Positions 28,260 through 39,905 of a DNA stretch of 64,000 nt are shown here, one piece after another. The number at the start of each line of letters is the position of its first letter. The first letter of the stretch is position 1. Source of the DNA: Candidatus Magasanikiibacteriota bacterium (GTDB lineage: Bacteria; Patescibacteriota; Patescibacteriia; Magasanikbacterales; 2-02-FULL-50-9b); NCBI GenBank assembly GCA_943355025.1, contig CALRDW010000001.1:60015-124014 (forward strand). Reading direction: 5' to 3'. The position numbers and the translations under genes were made by a program. A model generated the notes under the pieces. The model did no database searches. It saw nothing but the letters and a program-made list of their open reading frames with translations, and had not been told where the DNA came from.

Positions 28260-28952
28260 ATGAAGTTATATATTGTCGCAACACCGATCGGAAATCTTAA
28301 AGATTTAACTGAGCGAGCTCGAGAAATTTTGTCGTCGGTAAAATTGGTTTTCGCGGAAGATACACGTGTTGCGGCGAAACTTCTTGCGCACATCGGTGCG
28401 CATCCGCGTGTTATTGCACTTCATCACCACACAGTCGGAGGCGCGCTTGAAAAAGTTATTGCAGAACTCACATCTGTTGATGAGGCAGCACTTGTGACAG
28501 ACGCGGGAACTCCCGGTATTTCGGATCCAGGAAATCATTTCATTGCGGAGTTGATTCGGCGTGCGAATAATTCTGAGGGGCATGTTGAACACACAGAAAT
28601 TATTCCAATTCCCGGTCCTTCAAGTGTTACTGCAGCACTTTCGATTTGTGGATATCCAACGGATCGTTTTCGTGTGCTTGGATTTCCGCCGCACAAAAAT
28701 AAACGGAATAAATATTTCGATGAAGTTGCTGCAACAGAAGAAGTCACAGTTATTTTAGAATCCGTGCATCGAATTAAAAAAACATTAGCCGATATCGTGC
28801 GCGTCGCGCCGACACGACATGCAATGGTTGCACGAGAAATGACAAAATTATTTGAGACAATTTATCGCGGAACTGCGAGTGAAATTTCGGCGCAGATATT
28901 AGATGCAGAAACAAAAGGTGAGTTTGTAATTGTTCTTTCTCAAAAAATATGA
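28260..28952 (+). CDS. rsmI: 16S rRNA (cytidine1402-2'-O)-methyltransferase
   Basis: LYIVATPIGNL.D, AEDTR, DAGTPGISDPG, AREMTK. Confidence 0.95.
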   Translation: MKLYIVATPIGNLKDLTERAREILSSVKLVFAEDTRVAAKLLAHIGAHPRVIALHHHTVGGALEKVIAELTSVDEAALVTDAGTPGISDPGNHFIAELIRRANNSEGHVEHTEIIPIPGPSSVTAALSICGYPTDRFRVLGFPPHKNKRNKYFDEVAATEEVTVILESVHRIKKTLADIVRVAPTRHAMVAREMTKLFETIYRGTASEISAQILDAETKGEFVIVLSQKI

Positions 28953-29137
28953 AACCACATTCAGGCAAAGACCACCATGGCGGCGCACATGCGGGAAAAT
29001 CGCACGGCGCGCATGGCGGACACGGAAAAAATTTTGGAAGCGCCCCGGCGCCGGTCTCAGGTATCGCACTTGCGGCTGTTGGAATAGGCGCGGCAATTCT
29101 TCTCTTCATGTTTTCACAAGGACTTCTCGGTATTTGA
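28949..29137 (+). CDS. Small His/Gly-rich tail-anchored membrane protein
   Basis: 62 aa, 7 His in the first 25 residues, C-terminal TM, ATGA overlap with rsmI. Confidence 0.65.
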   Translation: MKPHSGKDHHGGAHAGKSHGAHGGHGKNFGSAPAPVSGIALAAVGIGAAILLFMFSQGLLGI

Positions 29138-29183
29138 AACACGCGTTGATTTTTGTGGCGTGTTTTGCTAAGCTTGCTCTACT

Positions 29184-30692
29184 ATGCCAAAGAAATCTGA
29201 TCACTACTACCTGACAACGCCAATCTATTATGTAAATGCTGCGCCGCATATCGGCCACGCATATACGTCGATTGCGGCTGACGTCATGGCGCGGTTTCAA
29301 CGCTTGCTGGGTAAGCAAGTCAATTTCTTAACCGGCACTGACGAGCACGGCCAAAAAATTCAGCGCGCAGCTGAAGCGGCTGGAAAAAATTCACAGGAAT
29401 TTGTTGATGAAATTTCCGTAACTTTTCGTAAGCTCGGTGATGTTCTTAATTTGAGCACGACGGATTTTATTCGAACAACAGAAGAGCGACATACGCGGGG
29501 AGCGGCGAAATTTTGGGAAGCTGCTGCGGGGCGTGGGGATATTTACAAAAAAAAATACGAAGGACTTTATTGCGTGTCATGCGAACAATTTTACGTTGAA
29601 AAAGACCTGCCTGAAGGTTTGTGTCCGATTCATAAAAAAGCGCCCGAACTTTTTCAGGAAGAAAATTATTTTTTTCGATTGTCCGCATACACTGAAAAAA
29701 TTGCAGAATATTTTGATGCGCATCATGATTTTGTTTTTCCTCACAATCGGTGGAAAGAAATGCGCCAAATTTTAGTTGAGGGACTGGAAGATGTTTCAAT
29801 ATCGCGCAGCCGAGAAAAATTATCATGGGGAATTCCCGTGCCAGGAGATCCAATGCAAGTCATGTATGTTTGGTTTGATGCGCTGACAAATTATGTCACT
29901 GCTGTTGGCTATGGAACGAATGAGAAATTTTTTGATGATTGGTGGCCAGCAGACGTGCACCTCATGGCAAAAGAAATCAATCGATTTCATTCGCTCTTGT
30001 GGCCAGCGATGCTCATGTCCGCAGGAGTTTCGCTTCCGGGGAAAATTGTTGTGCACGGATGGCTGACAGTAGACGGAGAAAAAATGTCGAAGTCGTTGGG
30101 CAACATGGTTGATCCGTTTGAAATTGTCAGTCGTTATGGAACGGACACATTTCGCTTCTTCTTGTTTCGTGAAATGTCGTTTGGCAGCGATGGAGATTTT
30201 TCTATTGCCAAACTCGAACAGCGTTATACGAGTGATTTGCAACACGATCTCGGAAATTTGCTCATGCGCTCTATTGCAATGGCAATTAAATTTTGTGATG
30301 GCAAAATTCCACAACAAACTGTTGGCGATAATACTGAAGTTTGGGCTCGATACCATGCACACATGGAGAAGTGGGAATTTCAACAGGCCCTTGAGGGAGT
30401 TTGGGAATATGTCCGTGCACTTAACCAGCTGATTGATCGAGAAAAACCATGGACGCTATATAAGGAAGGAAAATTTGAGGAAGTTAACGCAACGCTATAC
30501 ATACTTCTCGAGGGATTGCGACAGACAGCCATTGCAATTTCTCCATTCATGCCGGACGCGAGCGTTTCGATGCTGACTGCGCTTGGGTTTGAATATTTCG
30601 ATCCGAAATTTGATTCTTTGACCGAGTGGGGGCTTTTGAAGTCCGGGGGCGTGCTTGCCGAACCACATCCGTTGTTTCCACCGCTCATATAA
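29184..30692 (+). CDS. metG: Methionine--tRNA ligase (short form)
   Basis: TTPIYYVN, HIGH, TGTDEHG, YVWFDAL, KMSKS. Confidence 0.96.
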   Translation: MPKKSDHYYLTTPIYYVNAAPHIGHAYTSIAADVMARFQRLLGKQVNFLTGTDEHGQKIQRAAEAAGKNSQEFVDEISVTFRKLGDVLNLSTTDFIRTTEERHTRGAAKFWEAAAGRGDIYKKKYEGLYCVSCEQFYVEKDLPEGLCPIHKKAPELFQEENYFFRLSAYTEKIAEYFDAHHDFVFPHNRWKEMRQILVEGLEDVSISRSREKLSWGIPVPGDPMQVMYVWFDALTNYVTAVGYGTNEKFFDDWWPADVHLMAKEINRFHSLLWPAMLMSAGVSLPGKIVVHGWLTVDGEKMSKSLGNMVDPFEIVSRYGTDTFRFFLFREMSFGSDGDFSIAKLEQRYTSDLQHDLGNLLMRSIAMAIKFCDGKIPQQTVGDNTEVWARYHAHMEKWEFQQALEGVWEYVRALNQLIDREKPWTLYKEGKFEEVNATLYILLEGLRQTAIAISPFMPDASVSMLTALGFEYFDPKFDSLTEWGLLKSGGVLAEPHPLFPPLI

Positions 30693-30701
30693 TCTTTTTC
30701 T

Positions 30702-31217
30702 ATGACCCTACTTGACCTCATCTTGATTGCACTTCTCGCAAGTTTTGTATTTTCCGGATTTCGTCTCGGGTTTATCCATGCTCTTGGTTCATTAATCGGT
30801 GTTGCTCTTGGCGCATACATCGCAACACACTACACGACACAAATCGCTTTGTGGGTTGCGAGCCATAGTGGCGTTGATATTCGTGCGTTTGGGAAATGGG
30901 TAACATTTTTTCTTATATTTTTTATTGTTGGAAGATTGGTGGGTATTATTTTTTGGTTTGTTGAACGTTCTGTGGGTTTGCTCGTGCATCTGCCATTTTT
31001 ACATTCGATTAACGCAACGCTCGGCGGCATCGTTTCTTTTTTTGAAGGCGCGCTCATAATCGGTTTAACAATTTCTTACGCAAAATATCTTCCCGTGCCG
31101 CAGGTAAGTGCTTTATTTGCCGCATCAAAACTTGCCCCGTGGTTTATTAAGATGGCAAATATTTTGTTGCCACTTGTTCCTGAAGCACTGCGCAAAGTCA
31201 TGACCGGAACATTGTAA
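30702..31217 (+). CDS. CvpA-family membrane protein
   Basis: LDLI...GFRLGFI pattern, four TMs, IN..LGG. Confidence 0.82.
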   Translation: MTLLDLILIALLASFVFSGFRLGFIHALGSLIGVALGAYIATHYTTQIALWVASHSGVDIRAFGKWVTFFLIFFIVGRLVGIIFWFVERSVGLLVHLPFLHSINATLGGIVSFFEGALIIGLTISYAKYLPVPQVSALFAASKLAPWFIKMANILLPLVPEALRKVMTGTL

Positions 31218-31220
31218 TAT

Positions 31221-32075
31221 ATGGAACCTCGAATTATCGATACACATTGCCATGTTCATTTTGCGGCATACGACGCAGATTCGCGAGCGGTAATCGAAGA
31301 AGCGCTAGCAGCAGGGATTCACATGATTGTTGTAGGAACACAGGCGACGACGAGTAAGAATGCGGTTGTGTGCGCGGAACAATTTGGTGGTGTATACGCC
31401 GCAGTTGGTTTGCATCCAAATCATTTACATACAATGCCGATTGACGAAGATGAACTTCCGACGTTTCTCACACGAGCGGAAGAATTTGAAATGGAATATT
31501 ATCGAGAGCTTGCGAAGCATCCGAAAGTTGTTGGGATTGGCGAAACCGGTTTTGATGCGTATCGATTGCCGGATGGAGTTTCGTTTGATGAGGTGATGCA
31601 AAAACAAGAAAAAGCATTTCGACAACATTTGGATTTATGCACCGAGCTCGGTAAACCTGTAATCGTGCATTGTCGCGATGCGCATAGCCACGTTATTCGA
31701 ATTTTTAAAGAGTATCTTGCTGCGGCAAAGCTGGACGCGCGCGGCGTGCTGCATTGTTTTACGGGAACTGTCGAGGAGGCACAAGAATATGTTGCGATGG
31801 GTTTTTATATTTCGCTGTCTGGAATAGTAACGTTTCCGGCGCGCAAAGGACAAACTGAAAATCCGCTCAGCAGTGTTGCCCGATCTGTCCCGCGCGACAA
31901 GCTTGTTATTGAAACAGATTCGCCGTACCTCACACCGATGCCGCACCGCGGAAAACGAAACGCGCCGTCCTATGTTATTCACACAGCGAAGCACGTCGCA
32001 CAGCTCTGGGGAACAACGCTTGAGGAGGTTGAACGGCAGACAACCGTAAATGCACGAAGATTATTTCGCATCTAG
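31221..32075 (+). CDS. tatD: TatD-family nuclease
   Basis: DTHCH, GLHP, IGETGFD, HCRDA, HCFTG, ETDSPYL. Confidence 0.93.
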   Translation: MEPRIIDTHCHVHFAAYDADSRAVIEEALAAGIHMIVVGTQATTSKNAVVCAEQFGGVYAAVGLHPNHLHTMPIDEDELPTFLTRAEEFEMEYYRELAKHPKVVGIGETGFDAYRLPDGVSFDEVMQKQEKAFRQHLDLCTELGKPVIVHCRDAHSHVIRIFKEYLAAAKLDARGVLHCFTGTVEEAQEYVAMGFYISLSGIVTFPARKGQTENPLSSVARSVPRDKLVIETDSPYLTPMPHRGKRNAPSYVIHTAKHVAQLWGTTLEEVERQTTVNARRLFRI

Positions 32076-32147
32076 CGCCGCTATTTTTTTCCGTGTCTTG
32101 ACCCAAATGCAGAAAACCAGTATCATAGACACGTATTGAGCACCAAC

Positions 32148-32405
32148 ATGCCATTCACAGAGAATGATCGCCGCTCGTATCTGCTTGGACTCCGGATCAT
32201 GGGTGATTTCGGAGCGTCCATTGCGGTACCTGTTATAATCTTTGTTCTCATCGGAAAATGGTTGCAAACAAAATATGGTGGTGCGCCATTTGGTGTTGTC
32301 ATCGGATTTGTACTTTCAGCAGCGCTCAGTGCGCGCATCATTCGACGTAAAACAAAATGGTACGCCGCAGAATACAAAGCTCTTGAATCAGCAAAGAAAA
32401 AATAA
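32148..32405 (+). CDS. AtpZ/AtpI-family protein
   Basis: Two TMs with IG.WL..KY motif; first gene before atpB. Confidence 0.78.
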   Translation: MPFTENDRRSYLLGLRIMGDFGASIAVPVIIFVLIGKWLQTKYGGAPFGVVIGFVLSAALSARIIRRKTKWYAAEYKALESAKKK

Positions 32406-32407
32406 GT

Positions 32408-33220
32408 ATGTCCGTCCCTCTTGCCGCAGAATCAATCGCACATATCGGTTTTTTGACAATCACAAATTCCATGGTGGATGCGTGGATTGTTTCGATTGTA
32501 ATTGTTCTTGGTGTTGTGGTTTTGAGGTTTCAGCTTCGAGAAGTTCCGCGGGGAATTCAAAATGCACTGGAGGCATTTCTCGAACTTGTACTTAAAACAG
32601 CGGATAGTGTTACGCATGATCGCGCGCGAAGCCGACGATTTTTACCAATCGTCGCAACGCTGTTTCTTTTTATTCTTCTCAACAACTGGATCGGTCAGCT
32701 TCCGGGCACTGGTTCAATTGGTGTTTGGAAAGAAGTACATGGCACAGTTGAACTAGTTCCACTGTTTCGTCCCGCGACATCTGATCTGAACTTAACACTT
32801 GCTCTTGGCGGATTTGCAATTTTGCTCACGCATCTGATGGGAATCGGCACGCTTGGTTTTTTTCGTCACGCGGGAAAGTTTATTCAAATCAAGTCAGTGT
32901 TAAAGTCGCTCAGAAAAAATCCTATCAACATCATGACCGCGCTCATCGAGTTTGGAGCAGGACTTATCGAGGCCATGGGGGAATTTGCGCGTGCGTTGTC
33001 GCTCTCACTGCGTTTGTTCGGAAATATTTTTGCTGGCGAAGTTTTGATCACGGTTATGTTGTCGCTTGCGGCATATATTGTGCCGCTGCCGTTTCAAGCT
33101 CTTGAAATTTTGGTGGGTCTCATTCAAGCGCTTGTATTTTCGATGTTGACTCTGGTCTTTTTGACGCTTGCAACTGAACCGCCCCATGGCGAGCATGCGG
33201 CAGACGAGCAACATGCATAA
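32408..33220 (+). CDS. atpB: ATP synthase Fo subunit a
   Basis: PRGIQN, NWIGQLPG, SLSLRLFGNIFAGE, IQALVF. Confidence 0.95.
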   Translation: MSVPLAAESIAHIGFLTITNSMVDAWIVSIVIVLGVVVLRFQLREVPRGIQNALEAFLELVLKTADSVTHDRARSRRFLPIVATLFLFILLNNWIGQLPGTGSIGVWKEVHGTVELVPLFRPATSDLNLTLALGGFAILLTHLMGIGTLGFFRHAGKFIQIKSVLKSLRKNPINIMTALIEFGAGLIEAMGEFARALSLSLRLFGNIFAGEVLITVMLSLAAYIVPLPFQALEILVGLIQALVFSMLTLVFLTLATEPPHGEHAADEQHA

Positions 33221-33301
33221 ATAATTGGATGTTTGAACTGCGATCCGCGCATTTAGTCGATGTAGCGGGCCGCTGACAGTCATTCATGTAAACATTTCAC
33301 T

Positions 33302-33526
33302 ATGGTGTTGGACGTCGAATCAACAAGAATTCTGGCCAAAGGACTCACTATGGCTTTTGGTGGTATGCTTCCTGCATGGGCAGTAGGTAACATCGTTGGA
33401 AAAGCTATGGAAGCGATCGGACGCAACCCAGAAGCAAGCGACAAAGTATTTGTTCCGATGCTTCTCGGTGCAGCATTCGCAGAAGCTATCGCTATTTATT
33501 CGCTCGTGGTCGTGTTCGTACTCTAA
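33302..33526 (+). CDS. atpE: ATP synthase Fo subunit c
   Basis: GRNPEA loop, FAEAIAIY with carboxylate Glu. Confidence 0.95.
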   Translation: MVLDVESTRILAKGLTMAFGGMLPAWAVGNIVGKAMEAIGRNPEASDKVFVPMLLGAAFAEAIAIYSLVVVFVL

Positions 33527-33593
33527 TCAATGAAACTTCGTGGGTAGCTCGGCGCATATGCCAGCGCCCACGGAGGTCAGTGGTTCCTTTTCT

Positions 33594-34145
33594 ATGGAGA
33601 CAACTCAAACACAAACTCAAACAGAAGCAGTAGAACATCCGGGCGCAATTGATACATTCGGACTTAAAACCGATGTCTTTATTGCTCAGCTGGTCAACTT
33701 TCTTATTATTTTATTCGTGCTCTGGCGATGGGCGTATAAGCCGCTCCTCAAATTAATGGAAGCGAGACAGGAGAGAATTGAGAAAGGGTTACACGATGCG
33801 GAAACCGTGTCGCTTCGTCTCGCGGATATTGAGAAAGATCATCAGGCTGCACTTTCCGAAGCGCGAAAACAGTCCGCGGAATTTATGAAGGAAGCGCATG
33901 CCGAAGTTGAAAAAAAACGCGATGAGATTTTAAATAAATCTCGTGAAGAAGTTGGCAAACTTATTACAGAAGCACGAAAAAAGATTGCAGAGGAACGAAG
34001 TCTTGCTGAAGCAGAATTGAAACGGGAGATTTCAGCGCTCGTTGTTGCAACAGCAGAAATGGTTCTCAAAGAAAAATTAGATCCAACAAAGGATGCTCAA
34101 TTAATGGACGTTGCGGTAAAAAAAGCGCCGCAGCACAAGAAATAA
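33594..34145 (+). CDS. atpF: ATP synthase Fo subunit b
   Basis: AQLVNFLI..WAYKP..RQERIEKGL; operon position. Confidence 0.92.
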   Translation: METTQTQTQTEAVEHPGAIDTFGLKTDVFIAQLVNFLIILFVLWRWAYKPLLKLMEARQERIEKGLHDAETVSLRLADIEKDHQAALSEARKQSAEFMKEAHAEVEKKRDEILNKSREEVGKLITEARKKIAEERSLAEAELKREISALVVATAEMVLKEKLDPTKDAQLMDVAVKKAPQHKK

Positions 34146-34186
34146 AACACTGATAACTATCGCGCCTCTGAGCGTGCACCCGAATT

Positions 34187-34564
34187 ATGAAACGGTTGAC
34201 TGTGCGGGAATGGGTTACGTTCCTGAAGGAGATAACAGCTGAAGCTACAGAACGTGATGTTCCAAAATGGTTGGGCGAGTTTATGCGTGTTGTACGAGTT
34301 CGTCGCGCACTCAAGCTTCTGCCGCGGATAATTGCAGCATATAAAGAGGCGGCCGACACAGAATCAGGGACAGTCCGTATAGAAACATGGGCGGCGCGTG
34401 CACTTCCAAATCAAATCACAGAAGCATTACAAAAATTGGGCACAGATGTCGTTATTGATCACACCATCAATCCGCTCCTTATCGGAGGGTTGAAACTAAA
34501 AGTGGGTGATGTGATTATTGATGGCACGATTGCCACTCGTTTGAAAAAATTGTATGAAGCATAA
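34187..34564 (+). CDS. atpH: ATP synthase F1 subunit delta (short)
   Basis: [22 protein letters not shown]-terminal motif; operon position. Confidence 0.85.
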   Translation: MKRLTVREWVTFLKEITAEATERDVPKWLGEFMRVVRVRRALKLLPRIIAAYKEAADTESGTVRIETWAARALPNQITEALQKLGTDVVIDHTINPLLIGGLKLKVGDVIIDGTIATRLKKLYEA

Positions 34565-34568
34565 TAAC

Positions 34569-36086
34569 ATGAAAGATTTTGTCGTAGATACGCTCGTGAA
34601 TCAGATTCGCGGGTTGTCTGATGATCCAGAAGTTGCAGAAGTTGGAACCGTGCTTGAAGTTGGGGACGGCATTGCTAAAGTATCGGGACTGACCAAGGCG
34701 CAATCCTCTGAAATGCTTGAGTTTCCTTCGTCAGCAAAAGGCGGCGAGCCAACTCTCGGCGTTATTCTTAATCTCGAAGAGGACATGGTTGGTGTTATTA
34801 TTTTGGGTGACTATCGACATTTGAAGGAGGGCGACACAGTTAAGCGTACGGGACGCATTCTTTCGATTCCTGTTGGCGAACATTTTATTGGTCGCGTAAT
34901 CGATCCTCTTGGACGACCGCTCGACGGCAAAGGCGAAATTAAATCAAAAGAATTTTATCCAATCGAGCGCGTGGCGCCGGGCGTTCTTGAGCGTCAGCCA
35001 GTTGAACAGCCAGTACAAACAGGTATTAAAGCAATTGACGCGATGATTCCAATTGGTCGTGGACAACGCGAGCTTATTATTGGTGATCGCCAAACTGGTA
35101 AAACCGCGATTGCCATCGACACAATTATCAATCAAAAAGGGCAGAACATGGTTTCGATTTACGTTGCGATTGGTCAAAAAGAATCCAAGGTTGCGCGTTT
35201 GGTTGCAAAATTGGAGGAAGCGGGCGTTATGGACAACACCATTGTTGTTGTCTCCGGCGCGTCAGATCCAGCGTCGCTCACATATATTGCACCGTTTGCG
35301 GGATGTGCGCTCGGCGAATATTTCATGAATAATAAAAAGCACGCGCTTGTTGTTTATGATGATCTGTCCAAACACGCGTGGGCGTATCGAGAAATTTCCC
35401 TGTTGCTTCGTCGGCCACCAGGTCGCGAGGCATATCCAGGCGATATCTTTTATCTGCACTCACGACTGCTCGAACGCGCCGCAAAACTCTCGGATAAAAA
35501 TGGAGGAGGCTCTTTGACCGCGCTTCCAATTATTGAAACTCAGGCGGGTGATGTTTCGGCATACATTCCGACAAACGTAATTTCGATTACGGACGGTCAG
35601 ATTTTTCTTGAGTCTGATTTGTTCTACAAGGGTGTGCGTCCTGCTCTTAACGTTGGTATTTCGGTTTCGCGTGTTGGTGGCGCCGCGCAGATCAAAGCAA
35701 TGAAAAAAGTGTCTGGTAAACTTCGTCTTGACCTCGCACAATTTCGAGAACTGGAAGGTTTTTCGCAATTCGCGTCTGATCTCGATGAGACAACGCGCAA
35801 ACAAATTGAGCGTGGACGACGAATCGTTGAAGTTTTGAAGCAGCCGCAGTACTCGCCACTTTCGGTTGAACACCAAATCTGTGTGATTTATGCAGTGATC
35901 AATGGATACTTCGATTCAACACCAGTGGATCAGGTGAACAGCGCGGAAACAGCACTGCATACATATCTCGATACAGACTGCAGCGATGTGATCGATGCGC
36001 TTACACGCGAAAAAGCACTGAGCGAATCGTCGGAGACACGTCTTAAAGAATCACTGGTCATCTTCTTCGCTTCGCGCGCAAAATAA
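34569..36086 (+). CDS. atpA: ATP synthase F1 subunit alpha
   Basis: [26 protein letters not shown]. Confidence 0.97.
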   Translation: MKDFVVDTLVNQIRGLSDDPEVAEVGTVLEVGDGIAKVSGLTKAQSSEMLEFPSSAKGGEPTLGVILNLEEDMVGVIILGDYRHLKEGDTVKRTGRILSIPVGEHFIGRVIDPLGRPLDGKGEIKSKEFYPIERVAPGVLERQPVEQPVQTGIKAIDAMIPIGRGQRELIIGDRQTGKTAIAIDTIINQKGQNMVSIYVAIGQKESKVARLVAKLEEAGVMDNTIVVVSGASDPASLTYIAPFAGCALGEYFMNNKKHALVVYDDLSKHAWAYREISLLLRRPPGREAYPGDIFYLHSRLLERAAKLSDKNGGGSLTALPIIETQAGDVSAYIPTNVISITDGQIFLESDLFYKGVRPALNVGISVSRVGGAAQIKAMKKVSGKLRLDLAQFRELEGFSQFASDLDETTRKQIERGRRIVEVLKQPQYSPLSVEHQICVIYAVINGYFDSTPVDQVNSAETALHTYLDTDCSDVIDALTREKALSESSETRLKESLVIFFASRAK

Positions 36087-36087
36087 T

Positions 36088-37053
36088 ATGGCAATCTCAG
36101 GCCGCGTGATTCGCGGACGCATCAAATCAGTGAAGAATACGAAAAAAATCACTAAAGCCATGGAACTTGTTTCCGCGGCTAAAATGCGTCGTGCAGTCGC
36201 GGCCGCGCTTCAGTCGCGCACATACGCGCGCTATGCGTGGGAGCTTCTTACTCGTCTTGAAGCAACGGGGCGCGCGCTTGAAAAGTCAGAACATCCGCTT
36301 CTTGCAGTGCGGCCTGTTAAAAAAATTCTTGTTGTTGCAATCACGTCAAACCGCGGTCTTGCTGGTGCGTTTAATTCGAATGTAATCAAGTTGGTAGCAC
36401 AGCAAATTCGTCATCCCGAACAGATTGCGCGCAACAGAGTTGGCAAGCGGTGGATTGAACCGGCGAACGACCATCCTGAGATGGAGTTTGTTATTGTTGG
36501 CAAGCGCGGCGAAACAGCACTCCGCCGGATCACGGATAAAATTGTGGCGAGTTTTGTTGATGTGCCGGATGTTCCTAAATTAAGTGACGTGACAGCACTT
36601 ATCACGCTCGCAATTGGTGGGTATGAGCGCGGCGAGTATGATAAAGTTGTGCTTGCGTATACAGATTTTGTGTCGGCGCTTGTGCAAAAACCAAAGGTAC
36701 GTCAACTTCTACCAATATCAACGGTTGATATTGAGAAGACGTTATTTCCCGAAGGCGTTGTTGCCGATCCTGTCGGACATGAAGAGTGGAGCGAGGTATT
36801 TGTTGAATTTGAGCCATCAATTACGGAAATTATTGGGGCTGCTGTGACGCGGCTGATTGAATCACAAGTGTATCAAGCGGTTCTTGAATCGTCTGCATCC
36901 GAGCATTCTGCACGCATGATGTCCATGCGTCAGGCAACGGATGCAGCGACGGACATGATCGATACACTGACACTTGTGTTTAATCAGGCGCGCCAGGCAA
37001 GTATTACGAAAGAAATTTCGGAAATTAGTGCTGGTAAAGCTGCGCTCGAGTAG
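36088..37053 (+). CDS. atpG: ATP synthase F1 subunit gamma
   Basis: KITKAMELVSAAK, RGLAGAFN, RQASITKEISEI. Confidence 0.96.
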   Translation: MAISGRVIRGRIKSVKNTKKITKAMELVSAAKMRRAVAAALQSRTYARYAWELLTRLEATGRALEKSEHPLLAVRPVKKILVVAITSNRGLAGAFNSNVIKLVAQQIRHPEQIARNRVGKRWIEPANDHPEMEFVIVGKRGETALRRITDKIVASFVDVPDVPKLSDVTALITLAIGGYERGEYDKVVLAYTDFVSALVQKPKVRQLLPISTVDIEKTLFPEGVVADPVGHEEWSEVFVEFEPSITEIIGAAVTRLIESQVYQAVLESSASEHSARMMSMRQATDAATDMIDTLTLVFNQARQASITKEISEISAGKAALE

Positions 37054-37065
37054 GTGGAAGTAAAT

Positions 37066-37098
37066 AAAAACCCCACACACCTTTCGGTAGGGTGGGGT
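37066..37098. terminator. Stem-loop between atpG and the convergent inserted gene
   Basis: AAAAACCCCAC...GTGGGGT; T-run on the minus strand. Confidence 0.55.
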
Positions 37099-37150
37099 CT
37101 GGAAATGCGAGGTGCGTTTCCGGGAAGCAGTGGTTCTTCGGCTGAAGCGA

Positions 37151-37780
37151 TTACCGCGTCGGCAGGTACACGCGATTAAACGAAGTAATTCCGTCGTTTG
37201 GCCACGTGTAGATCTGACCGGGCATGGCACCGAGTGGCGTGTAGTTAATCGTTTGGGTGTATGGTCCCCAGCGACGAGTTACACTCGTGACAGCGCCATT
37301 ATGATTCATATCAACCACGACAGCGCCCATCGGGAGCACGCCGCGAGTTGATCCGAACCGAGAGTACGCGCCATACGGAACCTGGTATGAACCATACGAA
37401 CCGCCTGAGTAATTCCAGTTGTTGGCCATGCCAAAGGGCACGCGATACATCTGGCCGCCGCAGTTCATGTCCGTCGTGATGGGTTTGCCCACCGCGTCGA
37501 ATCCGACTGTGATCCGCTTACACACAACATTCGTATTCGTGCCGCCAGGGCCCGAACGCGTTTCCTGTGCATACTCGACGTTGCCGTCTTCGTCCCGCTC
37601 GACGTACGAGTCGCGCCGATTGGCCTCGGTCACGGTCGTTGACCGACTGACCGGAGTTTGGATGGTTGATTCCGAGTAAGCGATTCGGCCCGCATCGTCG
37701 CGAACGACGTACGAGTCATAGCAACCAGCTGTTGAGGCCGCGAGAGCGCAGAGAATAACGAGTTGTGAGAAAATGCTCAT
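37151..37780 (-). CDS. Hypothetical lipoprotein inserted antisense in the atp operon
   Basis: Signal peptide with lipobox-like TAGC; internal repeat DSYV.RD..G...Y; AAGGAG SD; own promoter (TTGACA 37930, TATCCT 37907). Confidence 0.72.
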   Translation of the reverse strand: MSIFSQLVILCALAASTAGCYDSYVVRDDAGRIAYSESTIQTPVSRSTTVTEANRRDSYVERDEDGNVEYAQETRSGPGGTNTNVVCKRITVGFDAVGKPITTDMNCGGQMYRVPFGMANNWNYSGGSYGSYQVPYGAYSRFGSTRGVLPMGAVVVDMNHNGAVTSVTRRWGPYTQTINYTPLGAMPGQIYTWPNDGITSFNRVYLPTR

Positions 37781-37913
37781 GATGAGCTCCTTGTAGATGC
37801 GCTGGCCCGTTGGCCACGCGCGGTATGAAGAGCAAAGGGCTTTACCCCGGGATTGAGCTGAACTCAGCCAAAAGCCGGGAAAAAAGCTTGAACTTAGACT
37901 AAGGATAGCATAA

Positions 37914-39323
<1,410 letters not shown>

Positions 39324-39334
39324 TTTTCAGGGCT

Positions 39335-39787
39335 ATGATTCGTTTTTCGCTCATCACACCAGAGAAAACAGCGTACACCGGCGAATGCGATTCGGTAAGT
39401 TTGCCGACCACAACGGGTCAAATTCAGGTTCTTGAAAAACATGAGCCGCTTGTGTCAATTTTGGCGCCTGGCGAACTTAAAATTGTAAAAGGTGACGAGA
39501 TAACATATTTAGCGGTTTCGAGCGGGTTTATCGAGGTGCGGCCTGGTGGCGAGGTTGTTGTGCTCGCAAATACGGCAGAAGTTGCAACCGATATCGATAT
39601 CGAGCGAGCAGAGCAGGCGAGGGTTAGGGCGCGTGAGCTTGTTGCGGGCAAGGTAACATCGGCTGCTGAATATGCAGCAATTGCCGGGGCCATGGAAAAA
39701 GAGTGGGCACGACTTAAAGTTGGGCGAAAGCATTTTTCGAAGCGCGGGCCACTTGGGTCCATGGGCGTCAGACCCGATACAAAATAA
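39335..39787 (+). CDS. atpC: ATP synthase F1 subunit epsilon
   Basis: LITPE, HEPLVS.L.PG, SSGFIEV, DIDIERAE. Confidence 0.93.
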   Translation: MIRFSLITPEKTAYTGECDSVSLPTTTGQIQVLEKHEPLVSILAPGELKIVKGDEITYLAVSSGFIEVRPGGEVVVLANTAEVATDIDIERAEQARVRARELVAGKVTSAAEYAAIAGAMEKEWARLKVGRKHFSKRGPLGSMGVRPDTK

Positions 39788-39813
39788 TCGGGTTCAATCG
39801 CGGAGGTTAGAAG

Positions 39814-39840
39814 AAATCGGCCCCCAAGGGGTTGATTTTT
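39814..39840 (+). terminator. Intrinsic terminator of the atp operon
   Basis: AAATCGGCCCC-CAA-GGGGTTGATTT followed by T-run. Confidence 0.75.
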
Positions 39841-39905
39841 ATTTCAAAGCGTGATAGTCTATTTTTTGTTCACGCCGGATGCAAACTCGCATCATTGGAG
39901 GCACC

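Noticed and set aside
33302-33526. Na+-translocating ATP synthase
   Set aside because: Subunit c has AEAIAIY and lacks the Gln and E-S/T sodium-binding signature, so it looks H+-type
34187-34564. Short AtpH as a pseudogene
   Set aside because: ORF is intact, keeps the conserved C-terminal motif and sits in the normal operon position
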